Assembly: GCF_009914755.1 (NCBI RefSeq)
Contig: NC_060935.1
Origin: the human T2T-CHM13v2.0 reference genome, Homo sapiens
DNA: 64,000 bases
Strand: one strand, 5' to 3'
The notes beneath the pieces were generated by a model. That model was given only the letters and a program-made list of their open reading frames with translations, searched no databases and was not told where the DNA came from. Each line of letters starts with the position of its first letter. Positions within the stretch are counted from its first letter, which is position 1. The position numbers and the translations under genes were made by a program. Positions 14,516 to 28,269 of this stretch are shown here, in pieces.

Positions 14516-15826
14516 CTGCTTGATGATGAGGGTGCAAGGTGCACAAACAACTCCCTGCCTTTAAGGCATCTGCATGGGCCTGGTGGACACACCCTTCTGC
14601 CGGGTGGCAGCCCAGATCAGGAACTCACCTCAGAGGCCACTGGTTCCCCAGCCCCATCCCCTCCTCATTCCTCCCCTCAGGGCCTAGACAGGTCATGGAA
14701 CCACATCTCAGAATGTGCACAGCAGCACAGAGGGCACACAACCAGCCACTCTCTGCAGCTCAGGTCCTTGTACCTTAAGAACAGCCTACCTGGCGGGTGG
14801 GCAGGTGACTGAACCCATTTCAGAGATCCATAGACTGAGGTCAGAGAGGTGAGGGTACTCCCAGCCCCTCGGCGAGACAAGGCAGAGCTAGGACCCAGGT
14901 CTTCCAACTCCACACTCAACATCATACCCACATCTCAGGCTACCCCTCCTCAGGAGCTGGCTTCCAGGTGGCTCTGCCCAGGTGTCAAAAGGGGTCGATG
15001 TTGGCCAGAATGACCCACCGGGAAAGCAGCCAGCACACAGAGTCACTAAAGGTGACCTTTGGGAAGTCTCTGAGTCATAGGCCAGTCAGAGCACACCATG
15101 GACAATCCTCTTGTCCATGTGGGATTCCTGACCAGGTCCCACCCAAAGGGCACAGCAAGGCTGTCTCCATCCACCTGGCCGGCTCCACTGCCTGCTGTGC
15201 CAAAGTCACCTGCCCTGGTTAAGTCAATGAGCATGCAAGGGGCAACAATGAGCACGGCACTGACCCAGGGTCAAAGCCATGGGAAACTGCCTTGGAAAAA
15301 ACGGAGCCAGATGCCACCAGGATAGTTGGCACTGGGGCTGGGTGACTTTGACCCTTTTTCTCTGTTTTCCAAATTTTCTGTGGAGCAGCAAAATAAGAAG
15401 TAAATTGAGATATGGAAAACACTGTGTGTCCGCAGGACTGTACACACAGGCATGCTCATGGAGCAGGTGGCCCTGTGGGGTTCCAGTGATCTCAGGTACC
15501 ACCTGCAAGGGTGGGTCAGCTTTTGGAATCAAGGGTCACACCAGCGTAATGACCATCTGTGAGGGGGAGGCGCAGGGTCTAGGGAGATGTGCCCCAATTG
15601 TCTGCTGGAGATGGTGAGGAGGCAGCGAACCTTTGCCAAGACCTTAGTGGTCAGCATTTGCCAACAAGTCAATCTCCCACATGCCTAAGAGATAGGTGCT
15701 ATGATAACCCCTATTTCAACAAGAAAACAATGAGATATAAGAAGTATCTAAATCAGAGAGCTAATAAATGGTCAAACCAAGATTTGATCCTGTGCAGCTT
15801 GGACCAGATGCCAGACATTTTAATAC

Positions 15827-16527
15827 TGTAGTGCAATAAAGGGTTAACTCAGCAGGCCTGGGTTGTCCAAACCCCACACACTCCAAAGAAAGACTGGGTC
15901 CCCAGGACAATTGCTTGAACTGGGGAGGCAGAGGTTGCAGTGAGCCAAGATGGCACCACTGCACTCCAGGCAACAGACCAAGACTCCATCTCAAAAGAAA
16001 AAAAAGAAAAGAAAGAAAGACGGGGTCCTTACCCAGCTCATGGGAGATCCCCTCTGAGCCCTGGGAATATCCTGTGTGGTAAGAGTGCCTGAGTTCACCT
16101 GGGGCCTTGAGTGACATCAGATGGCCTGTGCTAACAACACGTGTTACAGTGGGGACCCCAGGCCACATGGTAGCAGCGTGACCTCTCAGGGGCCTGGGGA
16201 CTAAGGCCAGTCATACCTGTGTGAAGAACCCCCAGGAAAAGCCCTGGCTCCGAGGCTCAGGAGCAGGGTGCAGGGGTCTGGACTCCTTGTGTGCTGTCAC
16301 ACATCTTTGGGGGGAACCATCTACGTGCCGCCCCGGGAGAGAACACGGAAAGCGGGCGCCTGGTCTCTCCTGGACTCTGCCCCACATGCCTTTTGCCTTT
16401 GCTGATTCCACCCTTCGCTGTGATGAACCCTGCCTGTCGCTAAAACAGCTTCACTAAGGACTCTGTGAGTCCTTCTCATGAATCAGTGAACCTGGATGGG
16501 GGTGGCCTTGGGGAGCCCTGAACACAG
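15827..16527 (+). mobile_element. ERVL-type LTR (MER21/MER77/MER68-like) with inserted Alu fragment
   Basis: Starts tgtagtgcaataaagggttaactcagcaggcctgggttgtccaaaccc; ends ctgtgagtccttc...ggtggccttgggagccctgaacaca. Confidence 0.7.
15903..16015 (+). mobile_element. 5'-truncated Alu right arm
   Basis: aattgcttgaac...gagactccatctcaaaa; near-TSD aaagaaagac(t/g)gggtcc. Confidence 0.9.
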
Positions 16528-18519
16528 CTGTCCTGTTCCGAGGAAAACTGCAGGCCAGGGGTGGGGAAACTGAGGTCTGGCTGGATTTACAAGAACATAA
16601 GTTACTTTTATAAAAGTCAAAGATGTAAATCCAAAAAAAACCCATAAACTCCATGGAAATGATCTGGAAGGGGCGTGCTCACATGGTAACTGCGGCACCA
16701 GGCCCCCGGCTCAGGGCACGGGCAGAGGGCCCCTGCTGGGCTGATGGTGCGGCTTGGTAGGAGTGTCCCACGGGGAGGTAACAGGACCCAGCGCACCTCC
16801 CATCTGCGCTGCCTCTGTAAAGTGAGCCTGTGCCAGGAAGGGACCCCATGGACACGTTCTCGGGTGACAGGCTCCGACGGGAAGAGGCACCACAGGGTGC
16901 CGCTTGCTCACCTCCTCTCCCCTGGGTGAAGGCTGCGGCAAGGGACTCCCCAGGCAGGTGCACTTCACCCTGACACCTGGACGCCTGTACCCTGCCAGCC
17001 ACGCCCTTGCACTTTAGGGGAAGATAGGGTTTCTGAGAACAGGGTCCCCTCGAGGTTTCAGCTGGGGCCACTGTCTCCTTCCAAGACAGCCCCAGTCTAA
17101 CCCTGACCAGAGACACAGAAAACAAGACCAAGAATGCACTCATTCTGGGACTGCTAAGTGATGAGGGCCACCCTGGAGCCACGCCAGACAAGTCCTGGGA
17201 AGGGGGCAGGAGGCAGGGGTTCGGAGCACTCCACCTTCCCAATGGCCCATCCACAGGATGCTGACCACGGCCGGGCAGGGAAGGGACGCCTGGTCCCAGG
17301 TAGGAGGGTCCCTCTGCAGATGGAGATGAGGGAGGCAGGGGACAGCTAGCTCGGGTGATGTCAGCCTTGGGTGATGTCAGCCTGGCCTCCCTCCTCCCTC
17401 CCTCACCTGCCCTCTCTCCTCTTCCCCATGAAGGCAGCCCCAGCAGGGTGCCCCAGTTAACACCAGAGGCAGGAAGGCCCCAAGTGCCCAGGGAGTCCCA
17501 GCCCTGGATTCCGTAGCACCCTTGTGTAATGAGCTACTCAGACCCAAGTTCCCGTGGCCTTTGCAGCCAGAGGCCTGACCACAGAAGTACCCCAGGCCAC
17601 GGACTCTCAGCACGGGCCCATCCTGTGGGGTAGCCCCTTTTCTCACAGTCACCACCCCGCATCCAGCCCACATTCTTCCTAGCTTTGGGTCATCTGGAAA
17701 TCTGGTGGTCATGCCTCTCTCTGGTCAGAGGGTACTGACCAGCAGCACCCTGACCCTCAATCAGTGGCAAATCCAGCAGTGTCCTGTGGCTCTGCCTCGT
17801 GCCCCTGCTGGGCGCTCCTGCGAGAACCTCCACCCTCCAGCTCCTGCCTGTGCCCCTCTTGCTGGGCTCCAGTAGAGGCTGCACAGCCCCTCAGGAGGCA
17901 GTGCCAGGAGACCCACGTGCCAGGACGGAGAGTCCCCTTCAGCCTCCTTCCCCAGTCCCTCTAGCTGTTTGTTAGCATTCAACTTTGGGAAGTCCGAGTC
18001 GGCCACCCAGAGATTTCCAAGATGTCAGGGAAGCACCACACTTCCAAATTTTACCAGGAGGAAAGTTCCAGAGAGGGGTAGGTCTGCTAATGCTCCCTCC
18101 CCAACACCTACCAAGGCACTCCTAATGTGCATCTGGGCATGTTGGGTCAGGCGTGTTATTTATCCACTTGTTGGTGGCAGGGGGGTGGCAGAGTCCACAG
18201 GGTCACTGTGGGAAGATGGCCAAGGATGGTCTCTTGGGGCCATGTCAAGAGTCGTTTCTGGATGGCTGCTGAGATCTGGGAGAAAGGAAAGGCCCCTCAG
18301 CCCTGTGTCCCCCCAGGGCTGCAGCAGGTGAAACGGGGCTGGGGACCTCTGGGGAGAAAAGCTCCAATCAGGGCTGAGCTCTCATCGGCCCCATCCCCAT
18401 CCAGAGAGGAGCCAGGTCCAATTTCTCTCCGTGTGCCCCGCGCCAGCCTGCATGGAACCCTCCACGTTTCCTAAAGTGGCTACTCCATGAACACAAGGGG
18501 AAAGAATACGCGAACTCAC

Positions 18520-18660
18520 TCTGCAAAGTACACATCTGCCCGTGCTGATGGAAGAAGAAGGATGCTAGTGCAAAGTCTTCTGTTTCTGAATTCCCTCCCA
18601 TTGCTTCCCTCTCCGGACAGGCACACACACAGAGCGACTCCAGGAAGGGCTGGAACAACG
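18520..18660 (-). other. Candidate alternative exon, possibly a first exon (ATG at 18601-18599; MGGNSETEDFALASFFFHQHGQMCTLQ plus phase-1 donor)
   Basis: GCAATGG Kozak context; AGA|gtgagt donor at 18519; small CpG-retaining patch upstream at 18850-18930. Confidence 0.25.
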
Positions 18661-19051
18661 CCTGCACGTGATCAACAGCATCCGCACACCCGGATCTCCT
18701 CTGTGCGTTTAGTTAACTATTCCTTAGAGGTTACATCGTGACTGTTAAACAGCTGTTGGAAGCCAACTCTTCCCTCTGAAAACATCCAGGCAGAATTAAC
18801 ACTGGAATGCGGATCTGCAACTGCCACTCAGAGTGTCAGGAAGCACAGGAGCGTAAATATTTAGAGAAAGCCGGGAGCCAGCAGCGCCGCACCCCCGCCA
18901 GCCTACATCCACGCAGAGAGATCGCACTATTCTCATATCCACAGTTACAGAACCACAGCAAAATTACAGCGCTCATGTCCCCATACCTCCAAAAAACTAG
19001 CTTGCTACCTCAGTAAACAGTTGATAATTTGTAATATAATAAAAACGTCAA

Positions 19052-19516
19052 GGCTGGGTGCAGTGGCTCATGTCTGTACCCCCAGCATTTTGCAAGGCCG
19101 AGGCAGGAGGGTCACTCGAGGCCAGGCATTTGAGACCACCTGGGCAACATAGCAAGACGCGGCAACTACAAAAAATAAAAGTAAAAAAACTAGATGGACA
19201 TGGTGGCACATACCTGTAGTCCCAGCTACTGAGGAGGTTGAGGTGGGAGGCTTGCTTGAGGCCAGGAGTTTGAAACCATCCTGGGCAACACAGCAAGACC
19301 CTGGTCTCTACAAAAAGTCAAAGTAAAAAAAAGATTAGCCAGGCATGGTTGTGCATGCCTGTAGTCCCAGCTCCTCAGGAAGGCGGGGAGTGAGGATTGC
19401 TTGAGCCCAGGAGGTTGAGGGTGCAGCAAGCTATGACTGGGCCACTTTACTCCAGCCTGGGTGACAGAGTGAGGCCCTGCCTCAAAATAAAAAAAAGAAA
19501 AGAAAAGAAAAAAAAA
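19052..19516 (+). mobile_element. Trimeric AluJ (left arm, hybrid arm, right arm)
   Basis: Two A-rich linkers sharing aaagtaaaaaaa; the middle unit starts as a right arm and ends as a left arm. Confidence 0.88.
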
Positions 19517-19542
19517 TCATGGAAGGAAAGAAAAAAAAATAG

Positions 19543-19908
<366 letters not shown>

Positions 19909-20338
19909 TAGGCCAAGCCTCCTACATTAGGTTTGTTTGCTTGTTGTGGTGAATTACATTCTCTCTGATTTTTCCCTTCTTCTTTCCAAGAAAAGGGGAA
20001 ATTAGCAAGTTTCTAATCTATTTTCAGTGCTTTGCTGAGATGCAGGTAAAGTTTAACCAAGAAGCAAAAACAAATCGACAGAGCAGGACAGCACTGACGC
20101 CAGGGCCAGCTGCCCCGTGTGACCCCGTCTCTCTCAGCCAGGTCTTCCAGTCCTCGCTTCCAGAATCCAAACAGCTCTAACTAGTCCTCAGTGTGACACC
20201 GTCACTGGAGGCTGACCCTGCACCAGGCCTCTCTGGAAGGTGGCACACTCAGGGTCACTCTTGCCTCTCCAGGCTGGAGAGCAAAATGCCGAGAAAAGAA
20301 TTCCTCTGTGTTCCTGCCTGCTTCCCAGGCAGGCTTAC

Positions 20339-20358
20339 CTAAATTTCAACAAATTCCA
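20339..20358 (-). other. Candidate 20-nt micro-exon
   Basis: Minus strand: atctttcttttttttttgcag|TGGAATTTGTTGAAATTTAG|gtaagc. Confidence 0.45.
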
Positions 20359-21054
20359 CTGCAAAAAAAAAAGAAAGATTGGTGTCCGAGAGGTATACTG
20401 GGTTTGGCAGTCTGAGGGCTCCCAAGAAAAGCTTTTAAGGGCCTTAAGACACCTAAAACCCACACATGAAGAAAACCACAGCTGCCCTGAACATCCAACT
20501 AGTCCAGCGTCCCTGTACTTAAACCCGAGGAGGGGCACAGAAAGCCATGCAGTGGTGTTCCCAGGGGCCCCACTGTGCACCCAGTGTGGCAGGAGGGTGC
20601 CCTGGAGGGGCATGAGCTGGAAGTGGGCATTGCTGGTTGAGTGGGATGTGCCAGGGCAGGGAGAAGCTGTCCTGGGAAGGAGGGCAGCCCCAGCAGAAGT
20701 GTCAGGGGAGATGGGGAAGTTGGGGGGAGAAGGGACACGCACCAGAGCCCAGTATGTGCAGAAGGCTCCAAGGATGGACTGGGTGAGGCTATGGAACAAG
20801 GGGAGAAAGAATCTCAACCCCATAAACCCTAGCCCAATGCTGCTTTCCAAATCTCGGATAGCTCCAGGGGACATTACGTTGCCAGGACAGGGCTGTGCAC
20901 CCAAGTGTTCCTCCCCACCCTCCCTTCCCGAGTCCTAGGCAGGTGCTGTGGACATTACAGGTGGGTATAAAACAGCCCTGCCTCAAGGGAGCTCCCAGGA
21001 TAGAGTGGCTGGCATAGCAAGGGAGACCAACGAGCAGTCTCTGGAATACGAAAC

Positions 21055-21165
21055 ACTGGCTTGGAATCCTGATTCCAATTCCCCTAGGTGTGATCCTTGG
21101 TGAGTTACTGAATCTCCAGCCTCAGTTTCCTTATCTGTCCAAGGCAGGTTGGAGGCTTAACAAGA
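21055..21165 (+). mobile_element. MIR
   Basis: ttggaatcctgattcc...tgtgatccttggtgagttactgaatctccagcctcagtttccttatctgt. Confidence 0.75.
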
Positions 21166-22353
21166 GAGTCTAGGAAGACTGGACTTTTTATTGAGACAGA
21201 AGTGCTCAATAAATCGCATCTAAGGCACGCACACACACACACTCTCTGACTTAGAGCAGAGGTTGCTAAACTCTGGGAGATCACAGGCCAGGAAACAGAA
21301 GAAAAAGAAATTTCATGATCCTGTTGAGATGACCAACGTTACATGTCTCCAGGAAAAGGCATCTGCAGAAGTAAGATGCACCGTCAGCCACTGTTCCTCA
21401 CCAGAGAGGACACTCGGCCCCAATGTCAGGGGAAAGGTCAGAGCAGAATAAAGCCCAGTCCTCTGAGTCTAAGCCACTGTGCTTCAAAAGCAGAACGTCC
21501 CTCTCAGGCCCTGGCTCTGCTCATTTCACCACAGATGGAAGGAGCTGGTCAGGAACCAGCCAGGCTGAATCACGAAGCAGGAGGCTCCTCCAGCCCCATC
21601 CCCAGGCCAGGATAAATGTCGCTCTGGGTGAGGACTTGAGGAAAACCACAGGGCCTTGCAAGGACTGTCATGATTGTTCTCATCAAGAAATCCCCTTCAC
21701 AATTTGTAGTGAGTGGGCCACTCCCGACACAGGCCAATCAGACACACCCTCCCACGCCCTGCCTCAAGAAAACCCACGTGCAGGGCTGACCCAGGAGGGA
21801 GCTTCGGTTCGCAGGAGCCCAGCCAAGCAGGTGTGGAGGGGGTCAGGCTTCCCTGTCCAGGGACACACCTGGGTGCTCCCCTTTGCATAGGTCGTGCCTC
21901 CTCTCAGAATCAGGAACAGCCATGGTGCCCCCTCCCACCAGCACACACATGGTCATACCCAGACCCAGCTCCTCACTCTTGACTCAGTGAACTTCTGGGA
22001 GAGCTGCAAAGCCAGGCAGCAGCCATCCCTTGTGGCAGAACACACAGCAGACAGGAACCCTGTGTTGGTGTCAATGTGCTGGGTGCTCCTGCAGGAGACC
22101 CTCCATACTGCGTGTCCCTGGACTACCAAACAGCACATCTGCTCTGGAGGTGAGGGTCTTTGTCCCATCCCATCAACAGAGCACCTGCCGTGAGCTGCCT
22201 AGAGAGATATACTGGGGGGTCTCTGCCAGACTACATCCCAGGGGCCTGCCTGGCACCCCGTGGGGGCTCTCTGGGACAGCAGGACGTGTCCATTCTTCAC
22301 AAGACTCATCAGATGCCTGGCGCCCAGTGGGGTATCTCTGGGAGTGGCAATAA

Positions 22354-22940
<587 letters not shown>

Positions 22941-23614
22941 CCAGATACATATTTATATTCATGTAATGTGCTTTTGTTTCTGTTCACACTCATCTCACTT
23001 CTTCCCTACTGGCAGACTGTTCCACAAGTGTCAGGAAATCCACTGCAGCTGGAGACCAGATCACTCCATCCACCCACTTCCCCCCACTTGACCTGGGGCT
23101 CAGTGGATACCAAGAGACCCAGGCGTCTGCTGAAGGAACTGGGGACAGAGAGCACCATTGTCCTAAATAAAACACACTCCACACCTGGACAGCACTCTCC
23201 CTGCTCCAAGAATGAGCCCGGAAGCCTCAGGACTGAAGAGAAAAACATCTTGGGGGCAGTGAAGAGAGTGTGATGCAGCGCCGGCACTCCCCTCATCCTC
23301 ACGGATTTGGGGAAACATAACAGGTCCAAGACAGACGCATGAGGAGAGGGCAGGGGTGTATTCCAGTTCAGTCCATCTGCACCGCTGACAGGATCCTGCC
23401 ATTTGACCCCTCAGGGTCCTGTTTCAGGGGGGTCCCCCAGGGCTGCTGCAGCCCTAATTGCTCCCCTTACCAAGTTCACGATGACAGCTCCCTGAGACAC
23501 CCACAGGCCCCGTGGCTACTCCATATTCCCTGGCACCCAACCCTGGACTCAGTCCAGCACACTGTGTCCTATTGGTCAATTTCCTTTTTTTTTTTTTTTT
23601 TTTTTGGAAAAAAA

Positions 23615-24200
23615 CATTGAGATTTTAAAATTTACACATCATCGAATTCACTCATTTAAAGCATGTAACTCAGTGCTCCCAGCCTTTTGGGAGGCCGAGG
23701 AGGTCAGATCGCTTGAGCTCAGGTGTTCAAGACCAGCCCAGGCAACATGGAGAAACCCCATCTCTACAAAAACATAAAAATTAGCCAGGCATGGTAGTGT
23801 GTGCCTGTAATCCCAGCTACCTGGGGGGCTGAGGCGAGAGAATCACTTCAGCTAGGGAGGTCAAAGCTGCAGTGAGCCACGGTTGTGCCACTGCCCTCCA
23901 GCCTGGGCAACAAAGCAAGATCCTGTCTCAAAAAAAAATAAATAAATACAATAAATAAAATGTATAATTCAGTGGGTTTTAGTGAGTTCACAGAGTAGGG
24001 TATCTATCACCACAATCCATTTTTGAGCATTTGCAAAAAAAAAAAAAAAAAATTAACCTGTATCCCTTAGCCATCACTCCTCAAGCTCCCCCATCCTCTC
24101 CCTCAGTCTCTCCCCAACCACTAATTATTTTCTCTATATATAACTTGGCCACTTTGAGGCATTTCATATAAATGGAATCACATGATGTATGGTGAGTCAA
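23615..24200 (-). mobile_element. Old L1 3' end interrupted by a 5'-truncated AluJ (+, ~23675-23960)
   Basis: aattcactcatttaaagcatgtaactcagtg | Alu | tgtataattcagtgggttttagtgagttcacagag...catttcatataaatggaatcat. Confidence 0.8.
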
Positions 24201-25245
24201 TTCTCTTTCATTCTTTTTTTCACTTCTTTTGAGAAAAGCTTTGCAGTTGTCCAGATCTCCTCTGTGCATGGTTCTTTAAGTTGCATGCCTGAATCACTTC
24301 AAAATATGAGATGGGAACACACTGGAACGACTCTGGCTTAACGTCCACCTCAAAGCCTATTCACTGTGTTTTCAGCTTTCACTGAGGTCAAAGATATTTG
24401 AAACCATTTTGTTTTTTGCAAAACCCCACCTGCAAACACCGTGTCGCATGAAAAAATTCTTCCTAGATGAGAGCACCAAGAAAAGTCTGCTTTCCAAATG
24501 AACTGATATTAGACAAAAGAATTCTGTTATTCCATCTTTCTCTTCTTGCCCTGGCTGCCAGGAAGCTCAGAGATTAAAAACCGGATGTTAACTGTACAAA
24601 TGCTCTCTTATGCTACAGTTGGGTCTTAGAGACTCCTCATGGTTCAAGCAGAGTTTTACCAGCGTGGCATGCAGAAGACTCATTTGGGAAAACAGCTAAA
24701 AAGACAGATTCCTACTGAATCTGATATCCTATAGATAAGGTCTTAAAATCTGCAATTTAAATAACATGCCTAAAAATGTTCTCAGACCTGGCTTTAAAGC
24801 CAAAGCAAAATGTCACAGCCCTTTTCCTAGGACTTAAAAGACATTCTGGGGAAAACAAGCCTCGTTCCTCCTCTTGTATCATCTTCGTCCTCACCCAGTG
24901 AGCATCCATGTGCATCATGTGGCTGTTTCCAGGGGCTGCAGTGAACAGAGCAAACGTGCCCATTCCACGAGAAAGGGCTGTCATTGCTCTAAGATGATGA
25001 GACCATCTTTGGCCGAGATGGAAGGATTTATAGAAATGAGCATGCTGAACACAATCCTGTTCCCTGGATGAATAAACTCAATCCAAGTCCTCAAAGGGTT
25101 CCAGCAGTTTCCATGAATCCACTTCCTCAACGTCAAACACCAGAGCTTTGCAAAGCTTTAGGACGTTCTTGCCACCAGGAATCCCTGCTCTGGTAGGAGA
25201 GGTTTCTTTCCCCATTTCCCTCACTGGGTAACCAGGTCGGAACAG

Positions 25246-25440
25246 CAGGTGGAGGCACAGGAAGAGGAGCAGGGACCCCAGGCGGAGGCACAGGGAGAGG
25301 AGCAGGGACCCCAGGCGGAGGCACAGGGAGAGGAGCAGGGACCCCAGGCGGAGGCACAGGGAGAGGAGCAGGGACCCCAGGGGGAGGCACAGGGAGAGGA
25401 GCAGGGACCCCAGGTGGAGGCAAAGGAAGAGGAGCAGGAA
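25246..25440. repeat. 33-bp G/A-rich minisatellite, about 6 copies
   Basis: Unit caggcggaggcacagggagaggagcagggaccc; translates as (AEAQGEEQGPQ)n in the ORF track. Confidence 0.97.
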
Positions 25441-28269
25441 CCGAAAGACACTGTGCCCATTTCTACAGCGTTGCAGGGTGCAGGACTGCTGCTGCCACCC
25501 AGGTAAGTCCAGGGGGCTTAAGGGCTGAGGTTCTTTACAGAGAACAAGCAAAGGTGGAAAAGGAGAATCTTCCCGGGACAGCAGGGACTCCTAGCAGCTG
25601 AGGGGCCAGGCACAGGGAGGCTCTCACAACAGAGGCAGATATTTCCCACACGGCCAGCAGCCTGCACAGCTGTGCCTGCCAACAACTGTCTGGTATTTTG
25701 TGAGGACGCCAAGATTACCATACTCTTTCGTCCCTCTATTCTGGAAAACACAGTTTGCTCCAACCTTTCACTATCCTAAATAGTGCCAAGTTGGACATCT
25801 TTATGATCACAGTTTCACTTTACTCTTCCCTCTGGATAAATCCCCAGGGGCAAGGTTTTTAACTCAAAGTCCATTTTCCTGTAAAACAGAGGTTCAAACA
25901 CCACACAGAGGAGAGCGCAGACTCTGTCCTCTGTGCTCTGGAATTGTTTTTAATCACTGCACGAGCCATGTGGGGCATTAGACCTAAATAGCATTGTTGA
26001 ACTCTGAGGGTCTCCTTCTGATGTTCCCCACACTCGGAAACTGACTCCCTGTGGGAAAAGGTGGTGGCCACACCTGAGCACCGGGCTGATCTTCCTTCTA
26101 CAAACATGTCATCTCCCTCTCTGGCTCTTGCCAGCCTGCCGCCTCCATCCACACAGAGGAACGGCCTTTCTGATAAGCAAACTGGACTAATCATGTCTTC
26201 TATTTTCTGTCTTAGGACGTTTTGACATCTAGGGGAGCCTCGCAGACACTGGGAGAGACCGCCCCTTCCAGAGCTGGCTAGTTCCCAAAGACAGTAAGTG
26301 GCTTCCTTGGGCCATTTACCATGCACTCGCATGCACAAGCCAACCACCCCTTTTTCAACTCCTGTTCACCCAGCCAATATGAACCACCCCTGCCCTAACG
26401 CGCCCCAGGACCAGGTGCCAGGCAAGCAAAGACCTCCCCTACAGCCCCAGGCCTGCTGCAGTGACTCACCTGGCCTGGCCCTGCCTCTCTCACAGAAACC
26501 CCCAGAAAGGGTCTGGCCTCAGTTTCCTCCCACCTCCTGCCTCCTGACCAAACCCTGGGGCTTCCCCTGTGGCCCCAGGGCTCATGCCCCCTGCTCTTGG
26601 GAAATGTAAGCCATAAAACCTTCTTTTGGGAAATCTTTTTGTCCTCACTCAGCCACCTCCATCAGTTAAAATCCCGCAGCACAAATGAGACAGACGCAGC
26701 AAGGAAGACAGTTTCCACGCAGGTGAGGAACCGCGTGCTGGCTCCCCTCTGGACCTCCCAGCAACAAACCAGGGCTCCCCAGGCCCTAGAGGGACACCCT
26801 CCCTTCTTTTCCACCCACAGCCGAAACACACACAGCTGGGACTTCTTTCTTCTGTAGCCAAAAGACATCGTGATTTAGCGCCATCAGCTTTGCTTGAGAA
26901 AACGACCTTCCCTAACCACACGTTTCCGAAGAAGTGTCATCTCTGCTCAGCCTGCTAGGTTGGGAGACTAAAATGTGAAGATGGGTCTGGCTCAGGGTCC
27001 CACTGCTGTCTCAGCAAGTCTGGCCAGAAGCTAACTGGAGTCAGGCCAAGGGGGCATCACTGTCAGACCCTTGGCCCACCCAAGTGCCCACCCACACATC
27101 TGTCGCGTGCCACCCCGGGCTGCCCTGTCCTCCGGGGTGGGGTATCGCGCAGTTCTGACTGGGACCCATGCAGCTGTCCTCTCGTGCAATTGCTAAGAAG
27201 GTGAAGTGGGGTCACAAAAGGCCATTCTAGACCAGCAGGTGCTCGATGGGAGGCCTGGGGGTGGCCACAGCCTTTCGTTCTGGTCTCCAGGTATTGAAGG
27301 CCACCAAGCATCCCGCCTTCCACACATCCTCCTCTCGGCAGGGAGGGAGAACAGAATAGGGCTGCGTGGCGGTTTCCTCCTGGATCCCACATACACAGAG
27401 GAGCTGGCTGTGCTGCAGGTACATGGGGCTTTCCCTTCAGCGGACAGCTCCCTCCACCAGCCATTCTCCCACAGCCCACACGCTCACACCATCAGGCAGG
27501 CATGCCCCGATGTGCGATGTCCTTCATCAAAACCCCTCGTGATAGTGCAGCTTAATGCCATCCGAGTGCTGGAAAGAACCACAGGCCCCAGCTCTCACCC
27601 TGGAGCCGCAGCAGGGCCCACGCTCTCTCTGAGCCTCGGTGTCCACCACAGTCTCAGCAGGGGCAGCACCAAGTAACATCTGGTCCCCCTGCCCCCTGCG
27701 TCTGTACTTTTGAGGCCTCCCTGGCTCCCCTCACCCTGTCTGAACACGCCACTCTGTCATCTCAAGGCTTTGTGTCTCCCATGAAGCCTTCAGCAGGTTC
27801 TGCCCTGGTCACCCCTGGCTGCCCATCAGCAGGGCTCAGGTCCCAGAGGCACCGAGGGAGCTTCAGATGGTGCCTCCTGCCAAGACAGGCCCCCTGAGCG
27901 AACGTGAGGTCAGGCCTGAAAAGAAAGCAAGGAAGGCCTGCTGAGGATGTACCTCCTTTCCCAGGCAGGCACCTGCAGAAGGCCACAGCCCCAACTGTTC
28001 CCCGAGGAGGCGTCCCCACATAGCCATCCGTGGCACAGTGGCTCCCACTCAGGGCCCTGCTAATGTCCTCGGACATCCATCTACACCTCTCTCCCTGCAC
28101 ACACTGCAGGCGTGCCAGCTCAGGAGCTCAAACCTCTGCAAACACGATTATTTAGCAAAACCCAGACATGACACCCCAGAAGCGGCACCCCCACTCTGTA
28201 GTCAGACCACAACCTTTTTAGGGACAAGGAGTGGAGTCAGGCTCCCGCAGCACCTACCACCACCTTGGG

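Noticed and set aside
18990-19015. TGAGGTAG let-7-like seed on the minus strand
   Set aside because: The following bases do not match let-7 family members and no precursor hairpin is evident.
24990-25050. ATGATGA...CTGA C/D-box-like pair
   Set aside because: Short span, no terminal stem, antisense to the inferred host transcript.
25078-25180. Peptide KNVLKLCKALVFDVEEVDSWKLLEPFEDLD looking protein-like
   Set aside because: No flanking splice sites in frame and no homologue I can name.
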